Shown here: positions 38,678 through 52,583 of the stretch, piece after piece
Position numbering within the stretch: the stretch's first letter is position 1
Layout of the letters: each line of letters opens with the position of its first letter
Source: Paragordius varius
Taxonomy: Eukaryota; Animalia; Nematomorpha
Length of the DNA: 64,000 nucleotides
Direction of reading: 5' to 3'
Assembly (NCBI GenBank): GCA_964247055.1
Contig: OZ176051.1
Coordinates: 4,154,001 to 4,218,000, forward strand
The notes under the pieces: generated by a model
Databases searched by the model: none
Told to the model about the DNA's origin: nothing
The model's input: the letters and a program-made list of their open reading frames with translations, nothing else
Translations under genes and position numbers: made by a program

Positions 38678-40493
38678 TAATGGTATATCTATGAAAAAAA
38701 ATTGGTTTCGATCTGCACAGATGGCTGTCCCTCTATGAAACGAAGGATTTATCCCTCTTTTGAAAAACAAATATAATTTGAAAAATATTTACTCAACAGC
38801 AAAACTTGGTTTCGCGTGTAAAAGATGAATCACTCAATTCAGTAATTAAAACGGTTGTGGATATAGTTAAACACATCCGAGAGAATTTAACAGCCGTAAA
38901 TTTTAAACCTTCTGAAAGATATTCACAATGAGTTTGACGATATAATTTTGACCGCTGTGAGATGGCTAAGCCTTAGCAAAGTATAAATAGATTTTTTGTT
39001 TTAAGACATGAGATTTTATTTATAAAAGATAACAGAAAGTTTGACGAGGAAATTATAGTGACTAATGGTGGGTTTTATTGCCTACCTTTGCGACATTTAC
39101 TTATAGACTTAGTCTTAATACAAGTTTTCAAGGGAGCAAAATAATAACCCAAGCTAATCAAATATTTGCTTTTCAAGAAAAATTAATAATATATAAACAA
39201 GAATTTATAAATAAAACACTCCTATATTTTCCAACATTTAAAATAGATAATCATTTAGCATTTTTATCTAATGAAATGACATTCAGATTTGAAGGACTAA
39301 GAAATATTAAAAATTGCTTAAAACTCGTGGAAAATCCATGGTATGGATATATCCAATATTAAGCAACTTGAGCATCTCGGTTTTGATCAGGCGCATATCA
39401 TTGAAGAATTCGTAGATTTAAAAAGGATTCCGATTCGGGGCTATATATAAGGAGAATCGAAGAGAAGAAAAATATGTATGGTTTTGGCAAGATGTGCCAA
39501 ATAAATATGAAAATATAAAAAAATGTGCTCAAGTTATCCTAACTGTTTTTTCTCAAGTTACCCGTGGACAGCATATTCAAAAATAAGGTATCTCAACAAT
39601 AGATACAGAAATCGCTTAACCGATAATTATATGGACGACTTATTAAGATGGGTCTGTCATGAGGAGAAACCAAATTTGTCAAAAATTATTGGTTAATATC
39701 AAAATAAATGTTGTTATCAAAATATTTAATTTTTTAAACTAAATGGTGCAAAACGAGTTTTTACTGGAATGCGATCCGCAAAAAATTAATTCTGCTGATT
39801 TAGAGTATAAATATGTGCATATGTCAAATAGCTATGGAATTTTTGCCATTATGAGATTCTGGCCCTCGAAAAAAATATATATTTTATTTGGCCCGTCAAA
39901 TTTTTTTCGTGAGTACCACTGGTATATAGTAACACGCATTTTCTCCATTGCATTTAAATCTATTCGCCCTAATGTGCAATAAAATTCAATTATTTTATTT
40001 TGACGCAGAAATATTGCAACAGTTTTTTTCTAGCATATTAACTGCGTTTAATATCGATATTCATTATGCTGAAGCATTTAGCTAGAATGATATGTGATTC
40101 ATCAATGTAGCATGTTTGCTGCGCAAGTGTTAAAAGGTTTTGCAAAAATTAGGGATTGGTCGGAATGGTTTTTGTATTTGTAACGGTATTCAACCATACG
40201 TTTATGACTATTTAAAAATGCTATATAATGTCATAGATTTTTATATTTGTAAAAAATGACGAATTCAACATTAACTTCTCAACCAACGCTTGACTGCATC
40301 AAGGTTTAGTGGTATGCCCACTCCTTTTCCTTAAAATAATAAATGCAGTCCCCAAGAAGTAAGAACGGAACACCCCTGGAAAATATAATTTGCTGGGTAT
40401 CTCGGATTAACACAATCATGAGATCAACTTGAAAATAATTATACCTAATGGATAAAATGTTTTTAGAAACGTAGATTTATATAAAGCCCGCCA

Positions 40494-40524
<31 letters not shown>

Positions 40525-40683
40525 AACGAAATAACCAGATATCCCCATCTGAGAAAGAGGTGCGCTTAAGTTATAAATGCATATCATGCCAAAATTAGGT
40601 ACACCAAAAGTGCTTTAAAATAAAGGGCAAACTGACAAATGCAATAAATTTTAATGTGAAAATTGTTTGAACCTCAGTAATGA

Positions 40684-42705
40684 TAATGCGACCAGATATT
40701 TAGAACCCTGGCGCAGTACAAAATTAAAACATACTTTGCCTATTTTTTAACCGGATTTTCGGTGTTTTATATTAAATGATATTGTTTACTATTAATAAGC
40801 TCATTACAATTAAAATATCCAACAATAAATTTATTTTAAATGTATACACATATAATTATATCATATGTTATATACATGGATATATAATAATACTAGCGTA
40901 AATCTCGTGCTGCTACGCAGCCCGAGGAAGTCCTTCGGACTGGGGGGGCTATTAAAACGGTGCATTCATACTAATATATTGTTTACTTGGGCCAAAAATA
41001 GATTCAATTACTTTTGAATTTTTTTGGAAAAATGGCATTTTACGGGAGGAGCGGGTAAAAACAGGGCCTTAATTAAAAAAGCGAGCCGATTATGTTTGGC
41101 ACAATCGAAAATAAGTAAACAAAAATCATATTTGAAATTAAATGGTCCAACACGTTTTCCAGAAAATTCTCTCAAAGACCGATTTTTGTGGACTTCTGTT
41201 TTCAAAAAAAACCGTTTTTTTACGGGGTAGGCCCGAACTGGGGGCCTAATTCAAAAAAAGGGCGAAGCTATTGTCGGGGCATTCATTAATTATTATATTT
41301 TTTCGACATTTGGATTTGAATGGATCTACCGGTTTCCCGGAAACAGATCACCAAGCCCCTACTTTCCATTTTTATAAATATATAGATTATAATGGTATGA
41401 TTGTTTTAAAAAATGCTGTCAAAAACAATATAATTACCAATATATGATAATAAAAATAGAGGGAAACAATATATCTGGTTTTTATAAGATGTTGCCGTGC
41501 AGATAAAATCATTCACACACGATCTTATGAAAGTTCTGTTCCATCTAAGAAAAAATTACTATTTGACAGCAAGTAAAACTATGCGTTGATAAAAAAAAGA
41601 TAGGTGAATGGATAGAAAATTATTCAAATGCCGACTTTGCTACAGTGTAAAATTTAGAAATAATTCAAATAGTTCTGAGTCTACCCAATCAATGGTATAT
41701 GACGTGACATAATTATTAATAAATAATTATTTTTTTATAATAGTTATAATATTTAAAAATAATAATTATATATATTTTTCAGATTTATGTATTTGTCCCA
41801 ATAATTTATGGTTTTGCGAAATTTTATCTAAAAAAGCTTCACAATTTTCTTCTGTATTTTTGACTATTACAATTGCTTTCTAGGTATCTATTGTGAGTTG
41901 TGTTTTTTCCGTAGTCCATATTTTGTTTATAGGAAAAGGCATGGAAAATTAAAAAACGAATTAATAAAAAATTATTATGTGTGTGTGCCAAAATTAAAAT
42001 AGGTCTATAAATTTGTTTATGCACAAAAGAATGAAAAGAAAACTGGCTAAAAATTAAAGTTTAGAGAAGCAAAAAATTAAGGAACATACCTGCCACCCAA
42101 AACATAAAAAAGTTCTTTTATTCCTATAAAAAAAGGTTATATCGAAACCAAATATAATGAATTTTAAAAATAATATGTTGCGGAAATATAAAAATTTTCC
42201 GTTTGATAATTATAATTAAAGTAAACTCAAATTAATTTAATTTAGCTGAAACTTATATGAAACAAAATGAATTTTCAAAAGATAAAATTACTAAAATATT
42301 AATTTATTTTTTGTTTATTTTTGAGGTCGCTTTTGCGGAAACCCTGAGTGAAAGTTTGGCCTAAATCTGGAGTCTGATATTTTTAGTTCCGCCACTGCGC
42401 GAATGGCTGCATTCATAAGCGATATGACCGGTCCAAAACTCAATTTCATGTATAATTAAAGCAGAAAATAAAATATTAAAATTAAAGGCCATAGTTTTTC
42501 ACAGCAAAAAAAACCATTTATTTATTTTAACTAAGGGTACTCAATCGAATTTCACAAACAAAACTTGTATAAATAAATGGTAATTAAAACATATATATAA
42601 AAAAATTATTTCAAAAAGCAGTACAAAAGTCAGCGCAGTACAGACGCGGTTTTTTTTCGAAAACCCAGTACTGTACTGCGAAAAACAGCCTATCTGGTCA
42701 CTTTA
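40684..42705. mobile_element. Second hAT-like non-autonomous element (TAxxG(C/T)GACCAGATA termini)
   Basis: 15-bp TIRs TAATGCGACCAGATA / TATCTGGTCACTTTA (13/15 match), exact 8-bp TSD AGTAATGA (40676-40683, 42706-42713), and GCAGTACA subterminal repeats. Confidence 0.8.
40893..41386 (-). mobile_element. Complete 494-bp non-autonomous Helitron
   Basis: A|TCTATATATTTATAAAAATGG...GGGCTGCGTAGCAGCACGAGATTTACGCTAG|T; inserted between A and T with no TSD. Confidence 0.92.
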
Positions 42706-43905
42706 AGTAATGATAACTTTAATCCACTAATGTTAATTAGCATTGATGGTTATATCGAAATGCTGTCCCATTTGGTTACCTAGGCGATTTTAAAAGCAAC
42801 CCGCAAAGAGCTATAAAATTAAGAGTACAACAAGGCTGCTTAAAATAAAAATAAATTAAAGGTTACGAAAACAAACATGTTAACAATAATAATAAATGGC
42901 ACTTATACACAGCAGGAGACAAGTATGGTTCTTTTGGCAGTAAAAAATCAAAAAAATCTCCAAATTAGTGAAACCATATTTCTTAAAAGCCTTTCCATAA
43001 AATATACCTACTTTATAAAAAATGATAATTTACATCATTCAATTAATAGATTGCACCTCTGCTACCACACTCAAAGAACGTCCCACCTTTAAAATTCGTT
43101 AAAAATATTAATGTTGCTGGCGAAAGATGTAAGGTAGGCCCACTTTTTTTTAAAGTGATATATATTTTTGAGCCTACTAAATTTTATTACAGAACAAGAT
43201 ATCTAAAAAATGGCGGAAATAACTTTTTGGTGGCGAGTAAATTAGAATCTGAAGATCAGATTTTGGGGTAGTTCTATATCACTAACTTATGTATAAACTA
43301 ATGTTTCAAACTGTTTTGTAAAAAATTTAATTATCAAATATGATTCTCATAGATGAAAAGTTTATATTTTTACGTTTTTTAACTTATAAAGTTCCGAATT
43401 ATGATAATTCCAACATACAAATAAGGGAAACAGCTTTTAAAATAAATAAATATCAAAATTGGTAAAATGCTTCGAAAACTTTTTAAAGTTAATTATTCCC
43501 ATTTTTAACAATAATAAGCATTTATTTGTAGGCAATTTAAATCCCAAGAAGACAATGGCGGCGAAAAAGTTAGATGTGAATATATTTTTTAATCCAGCGC
43601 CCTAAAAGCTAAAAAAAAAATTTACTACTTTCATTATTTTTCAAGATATTTTAGATTTGATTCGCTGTGGGATGTAAATGTTAACATGGCGATTTTAGCA
43701 TTTACACAAAAATGAAGATAACATTAAAAATCGCTATACTCATGCAATTTTCTTCATGTATATATATATATATATATCTGTGTGTATAGTTTAAATTTGT
43801 TGTTTTTGGAGTACTTCTGAACTAAAACAAACAGATTTCATAATTGAGAACTACCCATATTGTGACAAAAGAATTAAAGCATCTTAAAGATAAATACTTT
43901 GATAT

Positions 43906-44379
43906 TTCGAACCAAATTGGGGTAACTAATGAGTCCAGACCATGTTTAAGTTAAAATTATTAAACTGCCAAAAAAGACATATTCAATTAAAATTTAAGCT
44001 TCTATCCTACTAAATATTATATAATTAAGCCAAAATATTTAAATAAAATTTAGTTTCAAAAGCTCCTTTTTGGAATTATCGTATTTTTTCTAACGCTAAA
44101 ATTAAGTTCATTCTTTTAAAATCACCTGTAACATTGATATAAATAGAAAAATTGATTTTTGCATTATTAATATATTTAGCTAATGCACACATGTCATATG
44201 AGCTAAATTTTTACGTTCAGGGTTTTAATATCAAGTGTATTTGAATCAATCTAATTTAATTTTTCGGTTTATCAATGATACAAAAGTGCAGCTTTTGCAA
44301 AGGCTTCAATTTTTCCATATTTTTAGATATTTGTTTGTAACCAGGCCTGGGGTCATTAGTTACCCCAATTTTGATCGAA
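43906..44379. repeat. Inverted repeat pair, probable old MITE
   Basis: TTCGAACCAAATTGGGGTAACTAATGAGTCCAGACC (43906-43941) matches the reverse complement of 44344-44379. The true termini and TSD are not resolved. Confidence 0.55.
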
Positions 44380-44805
44380 GTGCATAAGTCATAGAATGTG
44401 TATCTGTGTTAATATATTTTTGTGTGCCATAACACGGTGTCACAGTGTCTACAAAAAAATAAGCCTTTTGAAATATATTATAATAAAATGAATAAGGATT
44501 ATCATGGTACTTTTAATTTGGCCCTAAGATATGAGAAAATTATTACATATTGTTATGTGTTCATTATCAGAATAGCAAATCTGCAAGCTAAATGGTTCAT
44601 TATAAAAAATATACTAAAATATAACATCTAAGCACAACAATATTTAGAAAATTTTTTAATATTTAGATAAGGGCGTCCAAAGTCCCAAATTTCTTCGCTC
44701 TTCTAAAACGGGTCTAGTTTTCTAAACCAACTCGAAAAATATTTAAATTATATGCTAATGCATATTTTTTTAATTTAATTTTAGCAATTGTTGAATCTAA
44801 CTATA

Positions 44806-45180
44806 CTAGGTTGGTGCATAAGAAAACGGTATAAAAACGCTTTAAGATATCATAAAAACACTTTTTCTACATAATTCGATGAACATTTCCACCTCCGAGT
44901 TTTGATTAATATTTGTTCGTGTTCAGATTATAAATTGTGTTTTTTTACAAAATAACCAATATGTGAAAGGAAACCATCTTTATTAGCGTTAGAAATCAGC
45001 TTTACCAATTTATTTGCCAAAGTGCTTTTAATAATATCTTAAAGTATTTTTTTTCACGATAGCATTATGATTAACCAAATTTAGCTAAAAATTAAATTTA
45101 TGAAAAAAGTGTGCATCTTTCAAAAATATTTTGAGTTGATACCAAAATCTATCTTATTAACCTTTTATCGCGCACTATCG
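44806..45180 (+). mobile_element. mariner-like left TIR fragment
   Basis: TA|CTAGGTTGGTGCATAAG resembles mariner TIRs. No right TIR found; the end coordinate is a guess. Confidence 0.35.
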
Positions 45181-45452
45181 GGATTTTTAACTTTATTTAA
45201 AGTAAACTTGTCTATTATTAAAAAGCATAAAAATTTGCGACTTTTTATAGCCCACATCTAAAAATTATTTTTTTAAAATATTTTTCTTTTTATATGTAGA
45301 TTATTAAATATATTTTTTTAAAATGAAGCATTTAATTGCCAAAAAAATTAATATAAAAATGCCCTAATTTTGTCATTTTTTGATATGGATTACTTACCAC
45401 AAGGGCCGACACAAAAAGCACCATGATAATCCTGATCCATTATCCTATCATA

Positions 45453-45498
<46 letters not shown>

Positions 45499-46639
45499 CC
45501 AGGATATTTTGTGTGTACTGTCTAACGAGCCTGGTGGCTGATAAATGCACATTTTGAAATTTAACACATATAGATAATTTTATTATATATGAAATTGTAA
45601 GGGTAAGAATATTTATGAATTTTATTATAACTTCGCATGCAACCCTTTTCCTTCTTGCGTGTTGACGTTTTGCTGTTTCGTAACCATAAATTTAAACTTA
45701 AAAAACTAATTTTTGAAAATTTTAATGGTTATAATTTTAATATCAAGCATTGTTATCCTATATCAAAAAAATATTATTTTTCTAGCTTTGTCTATTATAA
45801 TAGCTCCGAAATCCGCTCAGAACTACAGCTAATTTCAATAAATAAAAAAATTTGTTTAAAGTATTATAAGCTGCTATATATTTTTTTGTCCACCATTTTA
45901 TATTTTTAAATATAGAGTTAAAAATTATCCAAAAAAACTATGGCACAAGTTCAAGATCAAGATTTTATACTCTTTTAAATTTTTTAATGTTTTTAAATCA
46001 AGTGCCTAAAACACAACCTTTATCTGCCTTAATATTTTTACCTTTTGAGAATTTAAGTGAAAATCAAATCCGGGATGCAAACTGCAAAAAGGTAAGAAAG
46101 TGTTAAACTGGTATAAATTACCTAAACTATAAATACGTTTCCAACTTTCCAAAAATTATCATATAAAAACAAATATACGTATTCTATAAATATTTTTAAA
46201 TATACATATTAATTAGTTAATGATAAATTATCATGTCATAAATATATTTTTTATGCGCAACACTAAATTTAATTTCTAAAATAAATATTGTTGCAAAACA
46301 GTTGATTTATTTGCTAATTGGCCAAACCTTCCGTTCATCTCAACTTTGACTTATGAAGGATTCTGATGTAAGCTTATTTATATATAAATATAGATTTCCA
46401 AGTCCAAATTTATCTTTGTTTACAACACAAGTGACAAATTCTGCCCTGCTCAACATTGAATATTAAAGCATCATACTATCAAATTCTATCGTTCTAATAG
46501 ATTTGATGGGTTAATTTACTATATATTTTTTCATCGTTTATTCCTTGCACAAAACAATTTTAAAGATAGGAGAATTTAAAGTATCCAAAGGAACCACATA
46601 TTATATGTGCTTTTAAAAATTCTATAATTGTGATCAAAA

Positions 46640-48400
46640 ATGACAAACAACAAACGGATGTCAGAAATTGGCTACCTAAAGCCCCCTCCTCCTTCCGAAA
46701 TACAATATAAAAATTTGCATTTTTTAATTATGGATCGGCCCACCGATGAAAATATTCATTACTTTTTAGAAGTTATTTTTACAATCATATCCTTATATTG
46801 AATGTCCACAATTATATTTTTATAAAAATTTAAATATATTTGTTATATAATATAAAATTATGTTTGCTAATTAATATGATGTTTTTAGGAACTTAAATCC
46901 AAGAATGTCAAAGATGTGGTCAGAGTGTGTGATCCAACTTATCAAACCAAATTGTTGGCTGAAGAAGGAATACGTGTTATTGTAATTAACATTTTATTAT
47001 AAAATATTTTTTAATTTCCGAATAAATTTTTTCGATAAAATCTATTTGTGTATATTTTGCTTTTCCTATAAATATATGCCTTTATAATTATGAATTTTTC
47101 GCAATAAGGCGGTTCCATGTCATTTTTATATTTTTTTGTATTTTTTGTTAAAATTCTAATTTTTTAAAAAATAATCTTTAAAAAATAAGTCGTTATTAAT
47201 TAACATCATTCGATAAAAAAATTTTTTTCTTAAAAAAACCCAAAAATATTATTGCCAATTCACCATAAATTATTTAGGATTGGCCCTTCGATGACGGGAA
47301 AGCACCCCCAAACGATATCGTTGAAGAATGGTTTGATTTATTAAGACAACGATTTTCTCAAGATCCTGATTCCTGTATCGCTGTACATTGTGTAGCTGGT
47401 TTGGGAAGGTTTAGTTAAATTTACCATTTTTATATTTTATATTAATTTTAAAATACTGATTTTTGAAAATTTTAAGAATTTCAAAGTCTTTTATTTAAAC
47501 TTTCTTAAAATATGTTTCTATTTACAGAGCGCCTGTTTTAGTGGCCATAGCATTGATTGAAAGTGGAATGAAATATTACGATGCGGTCGATCTTATTAGA
47601 CAGTATTTTTTATTGTTTTTATGATTGCCAAAATAACCTTAGCCTATATTGCAAAAATATTTGCGTCAATGCTTTAAAAAAAATTTTTAGTCAATATTTT
47701 TGGCAAAATTAATAAATATTGGTCCATTTTTTCATTAACTAATGGATGGACATCATTAATCCTAAATGTATTTATCATTTTTCATCACACCATCCTGGCT
47801 TTTTTTGATAAAATGGTAAAAATATTATCTATTTTTTTTACCTCCTACTCACTGAATTACTTTTTTTCATGTGTATATGTGTTTACAGATTAATAATCCC
47901 TCTTTCAAAAGCGCTCATTTTGTTTAGGCATATTAAAAGTTTATAATAGTATGTGTGACTTTTTCTTTCGCATTTGTGGAAATTTACGTCTGTTGTTGCG
48001 TTAATATTTGTTGGTATTTAAAATATTTAGTACATAACACCAATTTGTTTGGGCATATACTCTTTACAATTAAAAAATATACAAATTTTCCTTTTTTTCC
48101 GTAACATTTTAATTTTTACTGTTTTTTTTTCAAAACTTTAATTAGCTATATAAATTCAATAAAGAATTCTAATAATTAAATTGCTTATAAAAGCTTTCTT
48201 TTGACACTAAATATAAAAAGCGGTCATAAAATCAAAGTTAATTTTTAAGAAATATGATTTTATAAGTAATAAATTTATCTAGAAAACGAAGAGGTGCTAT
48301 CAATGCAAAACAATTGGAATACCTTGAACATTATCGACCCAAATCTCGATTGAAGCTTAAATCCAATCACCCTAAAAATGCACAATGTTGTATTTCATAA
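46640..48400 (+). CDS. PTP4A: Prenylated protein tyrosine phosphatase PRL/PTP4A (5 coding exons)
   Basis: [18 protein letters not shown], the WPFDDG loop, the catalytic [18 protein letters not shown] and a C-terminal CAAX (CCIS*). Exons ~46640-46773, ~46890-46981, ~47278-47408, ~47529-47602, ~48282-48400. Confidence 0.95.
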
Positions 48401-49410
48401 AACACGCCATTAGAAATCAATCAATCCTTCCTTTTTTTAAAAAAAAACTTTAAAAATTTCTAAAACTATTTTATTTAGCACCACACACTTTGTATGAGAG
48501 GAGGGGGTGTATTTAAAGTGTTCCAAATTTTAACAACCAACCTATTATGATTAATTACGTATTATATGCCGAAAAAAATTAATGTACATTGTAAATTTTT
48601 TTTATTTAATTTAAGTATGTATGTATGTATATGATTTTGAACAATATATTATTTTATTTTATGTGACTCAAATATACATATAAATTGTTTCATATTGTAA
48701 ACAAGGCAAAACTTCAATGTGTATTTTTTTATTTTTAAATTTTAATAAATAAGTTAAATTTATTTTTTGTTTTTTAATTCAATTATATGATCAATAAAAA
48801 TAGGTTTAAAAAGCAATTTGTTGAATGTCAAGGTTGATGTGCTGGAAAAAAAATACTTTTAAAAATTAAAGTTTTATAAATGATTTTTTTTTCGCATTTA
48901 TTGATTTATGTCCGTAACACATTTCAACCACAATTTATGAGTTTACAATATAATGAAAAAATCATCGTATATATATATAAATTTGTTGTTAATAAGAATA
49001 GTGTTTAAATTAAAGATGGGAAATGACTATCCAAAATATTTTTATCTTAAGTAATTGAAACTAAATTAAGAATTTTATTTTCATATAATATGTTTTAGAA
49101 TTTTAAAACCGCTCAAGTAAAAAAGCCCAATTCTACCTTTAATTTGTAATTTATGAAAAATTTCTTTAATACTGTTACAAAAACTTTTTAAGTTATAAAG
49201 TCGAGAATGGAAACTTTCAAAGTCACAAAGTATGAAAAAGGCTTAAAAAGGACTCATTTCACCCAGATATTTGGCTATTTTTCCCCAGAATCTATTTTTG
49301 AAATTAAATTATTTCTTTTTCTGTATTAAAAAACCATCATCTCTAAGTTATATATAAATTTTTATCACTGATGCTAAATATATCTATAGTAAATTTAGTA
49401 TAAAGTCAAT

Positions 49411-52400
49411 TTAAGATTTTTGCTTCCTTTGAATCTGTTGATAATGGTATTCGGATATAAAATTTAGGGGTGGGTATTTCTCCTGACACAAATCAAATAT
49501 CGTTTTAGTTTTATTCCCATTTCTATGAACGAAATAAAAATTAAAAATATAAACATAATACAGTAAAAATTGAAATTATACGGACAATACGTAAAAATAT
49601 ATTAGGACAAAATTTTTTTTTAAAAGACAACCATACTTTTATACATTAATTTATCTTATTAATCATTTTATAACAATCGTAAAATGTGTAATCGATTATT
49701 TTACCAATAAAAATCTCTATTTTATGCTTTTAAGTTTAAAGAATGAGTTGTATTTGAAAAAATCAAGATTGATAAAGTATAGAGTTATCTTTTGAAAAAA
49801 AAAATTGTCTCTATATTTTTACGTTTTGTCCGTATATTTCAATTTTTACTGTATTTTTTTAAAAAATATATTTTTTTACCCATATTTAATGTCAAGTGAA
49901 TAATTTTTCCACTTTAATCGACGATTGGGTTGACGTCTCCCGTTGGGCAATAAACTAAATTGCTAAATTAAAAAAAATATATAAAAGATAGAAACATAAA
50001 TTTTTTATACTTTCTCACATAACAATATATCTTTATTTTGTTTTTACAATGAAAACATAACCAATATTTATGGTTAAAACTTACTGATCATATGCAATCA
50101 AAATTAAAATTATTTTATTATAATTTTTGCATATTAACCCATATTTTAGATAAAAAGCTACGATAATAACATTAAATATAAATACCAATTAATTTAACAT
50201 TTATTATTTTACAGTCATGTATCCTTTATTTTATAAAAAATTATTTTTTGTTAAATGGGTATTTTGGTAAAGAATGGAAAAAACAAGAGCTCTATGGTAT
50301 TAAAAACATATATTCATCAAAAAAATATAAGTTACCATAGAGCTCTTGTTTTCATTCTTTGCCAAATATTTATACCCATTTAACGAAAAAAAAATTAATT
50401 TTTGATAAAATAGGGGATATACATGACTGTAATAGTTAAGAAAAATAGGCATATTACCAAATCATACGTAGAATAATTGTAGGTGGTTAAATGTGAATTT
50501 GTAGTACGCGACTGACGACGTCCATAATTGGAAGTGGGTTGGGGCATATAAGCGCCAGGACTTTTTTTGGTAAACACAATATGAATGAGGTTAGAAAAAC
50601 CATTTTCTATAACAGCTTCATTATTATTACAATAGGATATATCTGCTTGAAATAATAGGGATGTGTTTATATTTTGTGGAGAACTGCATGTTTTTGAATC
50701 CATTAAATAATAATTCCCAACCAAAAGATTCGAGAGTTGAAATTGTGAAAGTAAATGAGCCCATTGTTGTTCATTGATATTACATCGATTAGCTGCATAT
50801 ATATGATATGGTAAGCATAATAATATGAATAGTATAGGATTCGGTATTGAAATGAAAATCCAAGATTAAAACCACAACTATTTTTGGTTTCGGTTCCATG
50901 AAAATTTTTAGTTTGTAGTTATGGTTTTCCAAAAACGGTTCCTTTTCAGGGCCATGATAAAAATTTTAAAAACAAAGATTAAACAATTAGTAATGGGAAA
51001 ATTACTTTCTATATATTCGGCAAGAATCAAAAGTTTGGGAAGCATAAGGCTAGGAGCTTCTAAACAATTGAGCATTAACACACAATTTTTCAATCTTTCA
51101 TTGTTTTTATTATTATTATGAGTTGTTTTTTCCAAAGATAAGGGTTCATACAAAGTCCCATAATTATATGGTTTAAAGAATTTCAAGTATCGATAATATG
51201 TGATAGAATAACACGGGAGACTAGAATCATCTATTATGCCATCATTTTGTCCATATCTCCAATAACTTGCTTTGCTAATATACCATCCTGAAAAAAATAC
51301 AACCGAAATTTTTTTTTAAATTTATGTAAATTTGGTATGAAACCTTCAATAAAGGTTAAAATCAAGTTTAAACAAATAGGTTTCAGCTGACCGCTTCAAT
51401 AAAATTTTAAATCTAAGTATTTAAGTCCAACCGTTTATTGATTCATGATCATCACCCCTTATAAAAATAATCCAGTAAAAAACTTTTAAATGTATATTTA
51501 TGACGAATTATAAAATTTGGATTAATATCCAATTTAACGGGAAACTATGTAAAATTTAATCAATTTTGTTTTATGTTAATAATTTATTATAACACGATTA
51601 AATTTAGTAATGGTTGAATGACTATGACAGTTAATAACTACAATTACAGACCCATTATTATTTTTGGGGTCAAAAACCGAACGCCAATAATTAATACATA
51701 TATATTCAATTTAACATTAAGTCGTGAAAATAAACAAATGCAATTTAAATAGAAGGCAGATAATATCTGAACATTCTCCGTCAATAGCACTTATAAGTAC
51801 AATACATTTTTTACACTGGATTAATTATTTGAATTTAAAATAAGAAAATACCGTCAAAACGAGGCATAGGAGTATTTTTTAAAAAGGTTTTCCATAATAT
51901 ATCCTTTTCGTCCGTTGTTTTAAGAACAATTTGATTGGTGATGGCAGGTCCCATTTGACTAACAAATATTTTATGCCATAATTGATCGTCAGACACAATG
52001 GGTCGCAACATAATAGAAACCTGTGTAAAGATTCATTATACTTTTGATAGGATTTCAAAATATTTGACGCCATGGTGGAAAATGACATAATAAACAATTT
52101 TTGATAATAACTCTTTTGGGAGCTTTAACAATGTGCAATTCGTTTTGTTGTGATAAAGTGCTTCAATAACTTTCGATGTTTCAACATCATTTACTGATAA
52201 GTCTACAAAATTACCCAATCTGTAAATAAAATGTATGGATACTCGGACGTATTTTGAATGGATTTCAAGAATTTGGACATATAAATATCAATTTCAGAAT
52301 TTAATTGAGTAGCCTTTCTATAATAATTAAGCGCCTCATTTATTAACCCAGACGACTCATATAACATCCCTTTAATGTAAAATCTTTTAGCCTATTATTA

Positions 52401-52583
52401 CAAACAAATCTTATGAACTTTTTCATAGCCATCGTTTTTGGTGGTTTCTGTAAACGCTTTCGTGGAATATAATTGTTTTAATTCATTTTCAATTTTTTGA
52501 AGTTTTGTTTCCCTGGACAAAAATATATTAGACGAGTCATCATTGTCGGGTTCTTCGGGTTCTTTGGACGAAAATTGGCTCAT
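49411..52583 (-). CDS. FBXO9: F-box protein FBXO9 (TPR + F-box + C-terminal domain)
   Basis: After splicing: AKRFYIKGMLYESSGLINEALNYYRKATQL (TPR), LLKLPKELLSKIV...FEILSK/VSIMLRPIVSDDQLW (F-box), PRFDG/WYISKASYWRYG...YYRYLKFF, LKWKNYS and KYPPLNF. Introns include 52392-52418, 52220-52242 and 52021-52041. Confidence 0.9.
49561..49851. mobile_element. Fold-back MITE family C (Tc1/mariner-type ends)
   Basis: TA|CAGTAAAAATTGAAATTATACGGACAATACGTAAAAATATA...TATATTTTTACGTTTTGTCCGTATATTTCAATTTTTACTG|TA, in the last FBXO9 intron. Confidence 0.88.
50212..50429. mobile_element. Fold-back MITE family A, copy 3
   Basis: TA|CAGTCATGTATCC...ATATACATGACTG|TA, in an FBXO9 intron. Confidence 0.9.

Larger units (their letters stand above)
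35370..39680 (+). pseudogene. hAT (GTF2IRD2/ZBED5-like) transposase pseudogene, interrupted
   Basis: Frameshifted fragments: MTSNEKRKLSDKNRS, CLICKD...KIARH, KPFTDSQLIK, FFDN^NGISMKKLVSICTDGCPSM (split by the insertion), AVRWLS, LNTSFQG...IFAFQEKL (ORF 39078-39362) and RNRLTD. Confidence 0.85.
34876..39921 (+). mobile_element. Degenerate Buster/Charlie-type hAT transposon with nested insertions
   Basis: TIRs CAGTGATACTC / GAGTACCACTG, exact 8-bp TSD GTATATAG (34868-34875, 39922-39929; nnnTAnnn type), and subterminal GCGGCCCGCGGGCCGC. Confidence 0.93.
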
